The notes beneath the pieces are model-generated. The model was not told where the DNA came from. It made no database searches and saw only the letters and a program-made list of their open reading frames with translations. Of a stretch of 35,417 bases of DNA, positions 34,299-35,417 are shown piece by piece. Source of the stretch: an uncultured Candidatus Bathyarchaeia archaeon (GTDB lineage Archaea > Thermoproteota > Bathyarchaeia > RBG-16-48-13 > JAGMEO01); the NCBI GenBank assembly GCA_964611975.1, contig CAZTBK010000004.1, forward strand, positions 319 through 35,735, read 5' to 3'. Both the position numbers and the translations under genes were made by a program. Position 1 is the first letter of the stretch; the number at the start of each line of letters is the position of its first letter.

Positions 34299-34859
34299 AT
34301 GCTTCCGGAAATAAACGAGATAAAGAGAAGGAGAAAAAGCCTAGATTTGACCCAAAAGAAGCTAGCAGCGTTAGTAGGAGTGAGCCAGTCCTTAATCGCG
34401 AAAATAGAATCGGGGAGGCTAAACCCTTCATACTCCGTTGCTAAAAGGATCTTCGAAACCTTAGAAAGCTTGGAAAAGAGAGTTGAGACCACAGCAAAGG
34501 ACATTCTTTCTCCAAAAGTTGTATATGTGAACAAAGATGATCCAATAAGCAAAGCTATGAAGTTGATGGAGGAAAATGGTTACTCCCAGCTTCCGGTGTT
34601 TGATGAAGAAAAGATCATAGGTAGCATAAGCGATAGGACAATTTTGGACATGATCGCAAAAGGGAAAGATTTATCCAAAATGCTAAAGCAACCCGTGAAG
34701 CTCGTGATGGGGGAGGCCTTCCCGAGGATCAGCGAGGATGCGTCCCTAACGGTCATATCCACTCTGCTGAAGTACAATCAAGCAGTGTTGGTCACAAAAA
34801 GGGATAAATGCGTTGGCATAATAACCAAAACCGACCTATTCAAAGTAGCTCGCAGGTGA
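34299..34859 (+). CDS. XRE-type HTH plus CBS-pair domain transcriptional regulator
   Basis: LTQKKLAALVGVSQSLIAKIESGRLNPS (HTH_3) followed by two CBS motifs (..GYSQLPVFDEEKIIGSISDRTIL.., ..AVLVTKRDKCVGIITKTDL..). Confidence 0.87.
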   Translation: MLPEINEIKRRRKSLDLTQKKLAALVGVSQSLIAKIESGRLNPSYSVAKRIFETLESLEKRVETTAKDILSPKVVYVNKDDPISKAMKLMEENGYSQLPVFDEEKIIGSISDRTILDMIAKGKDLSKMLKQPVKLVMGEAFPRISEDASLTVISTLLKYNQAVLVTKRDKCVGIITKTDLFKVARR

Positions 34860-34876
34860 TTGGGCTATCACCTAAC

Positions 34877-35417
34877 TTAGCATTTGTGAAATGTCGTGGG
34901 GATTACGTGGTGGGCAAAAATTTTAAGAACTCGTGCTCGCCTCTCAGCCACTAGTCGTAAACCCTCGTCCCATGTATCACCAGCGTTTAAATCTTCAGGC
35001 ATATCAGGTCCTAACTGGATCATGTGAGACCCTCTTGAAGTCTGAGCCCCTAGTAGCTTAAGCATCATATGATGACAAACCTTTAACCCAGAATCCTTAA
35101 GTATCCTCGTGGCTTCTATGAGGTTTTCAACGCTGTGGGGTAAGCGCATGGAAAGGGCTTGGACATGAGAATGGTCTTGTCATGACAGCTATCGCAGTAA
35201 TGCCGCTGATCGTCCTAACGGCCTTCCTCCTCAGGATGGGAAGAGGTCTCTCGCGTTTGCTCTCTCAGACAAATTTAATTATCTCGCTTTTTCCCGGTAT
35301 ATCTGTCCTGTATTTTTGACAAACCCTTAAGGCTTTACCCTGTCCAAACCCCCCTCCTAGTTGGGCTTGGGGCGCTCATCGATCGATGGGTGATCTCTGT
35401 AGATATGCCTTTTTACA
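34877..35417 (-). pseudogene. elp3: Decayed relic of an Elp3-type radical-SAM (tRNA modification) gene, continuing beyond the window
   Basis: Minus-strand pieces in three frames match Elp3 landmarks in order: RKAVRTISGITAIAVMTRPFSCP; LPHSVENLIEATRILKDSGLKVCHHMM; GPDM / LKI*TLVIHGTRVYD*WLRGE with in-frame stops. About 140 codons between the first two pieces are missing, as is the whole GNAT domain. Confidence 0.7.

Noticed and set aside
1-35417. Search for CRISPR arrays, tandem or interspersed repeats, IS elements, integrases and toxin-antitoxin or defence gene pairs
   Set aside because: No regularly spaced direct repeats, terminal inverted repeats or transposase/integrase-like ORFs were seen. 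The only repeats are short local palindromes and an 11-nt tandem AAAACTATGA(T/A) at about 29488-29510. The MNT-like NTase at 3015 is fused to a kinase and has no HEPN partner, so it is not a toxin-antitoxin module.

Overview
This is an archaeal chromosomal segment with mid-40s % GC and dense coding on both strands, almost all of it core housekeeping. Recognisable genes are topoisomerase VI B/A; the aIF1A-Rio1-KH(Dim2) ribosome-biogenesis trio; and a replisome block (PCNA, PriL, PriS, GINS) running into L44e-S27e-aIF2alpha-Nop10-PAC2. Also present are AglB oligosaccharyltransferase, CDP-archaeol synthase, a Clp1-type polynucleotide kinase, endonuclease III, and the archaeal-type mevalonate module (AcnX large and small subunits plus a UbiD-type decarboxylase). 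The remainder are thymidylate kinase, UPF0147/UPF0148, Ogg, a MetE-like methyltransferase, an HTH-CBS regulator, and one tRNA-Ser that appears to carry two introns. No CRISPR array, rRNA, integrase or transposase was seen. The best candidate for an undescribed system is at 30799-32932: a highly degenerate FtsZ/tubulin-fold protein translationally coupled to a signal-peptide, C-terminally anchored extracellular protein. Other leads are a nucleotidyltransferase fused to an APH/Bud32-like kinase (3015-4673), and a YqgF/RuvX-like RNase H-fold protein overlapping the Clp1 kinase gene (21442-23383). A GC-discordant pair of secreted proteins lies beside the tRNA and a beta-helix gene fragment (1-1884). 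Several genes are disrupted: radB-like and metE-like frameshifts at C6 runs, a LOG-like gene with no in-frame start, and a heavily decayed Elp3 relic. Two ORF-free stretches (10314-10929, 29104-29530) are unexplained. All family assignments come from motif recognition by eye. No database search was run, so family names are hypotheses of varying strength.
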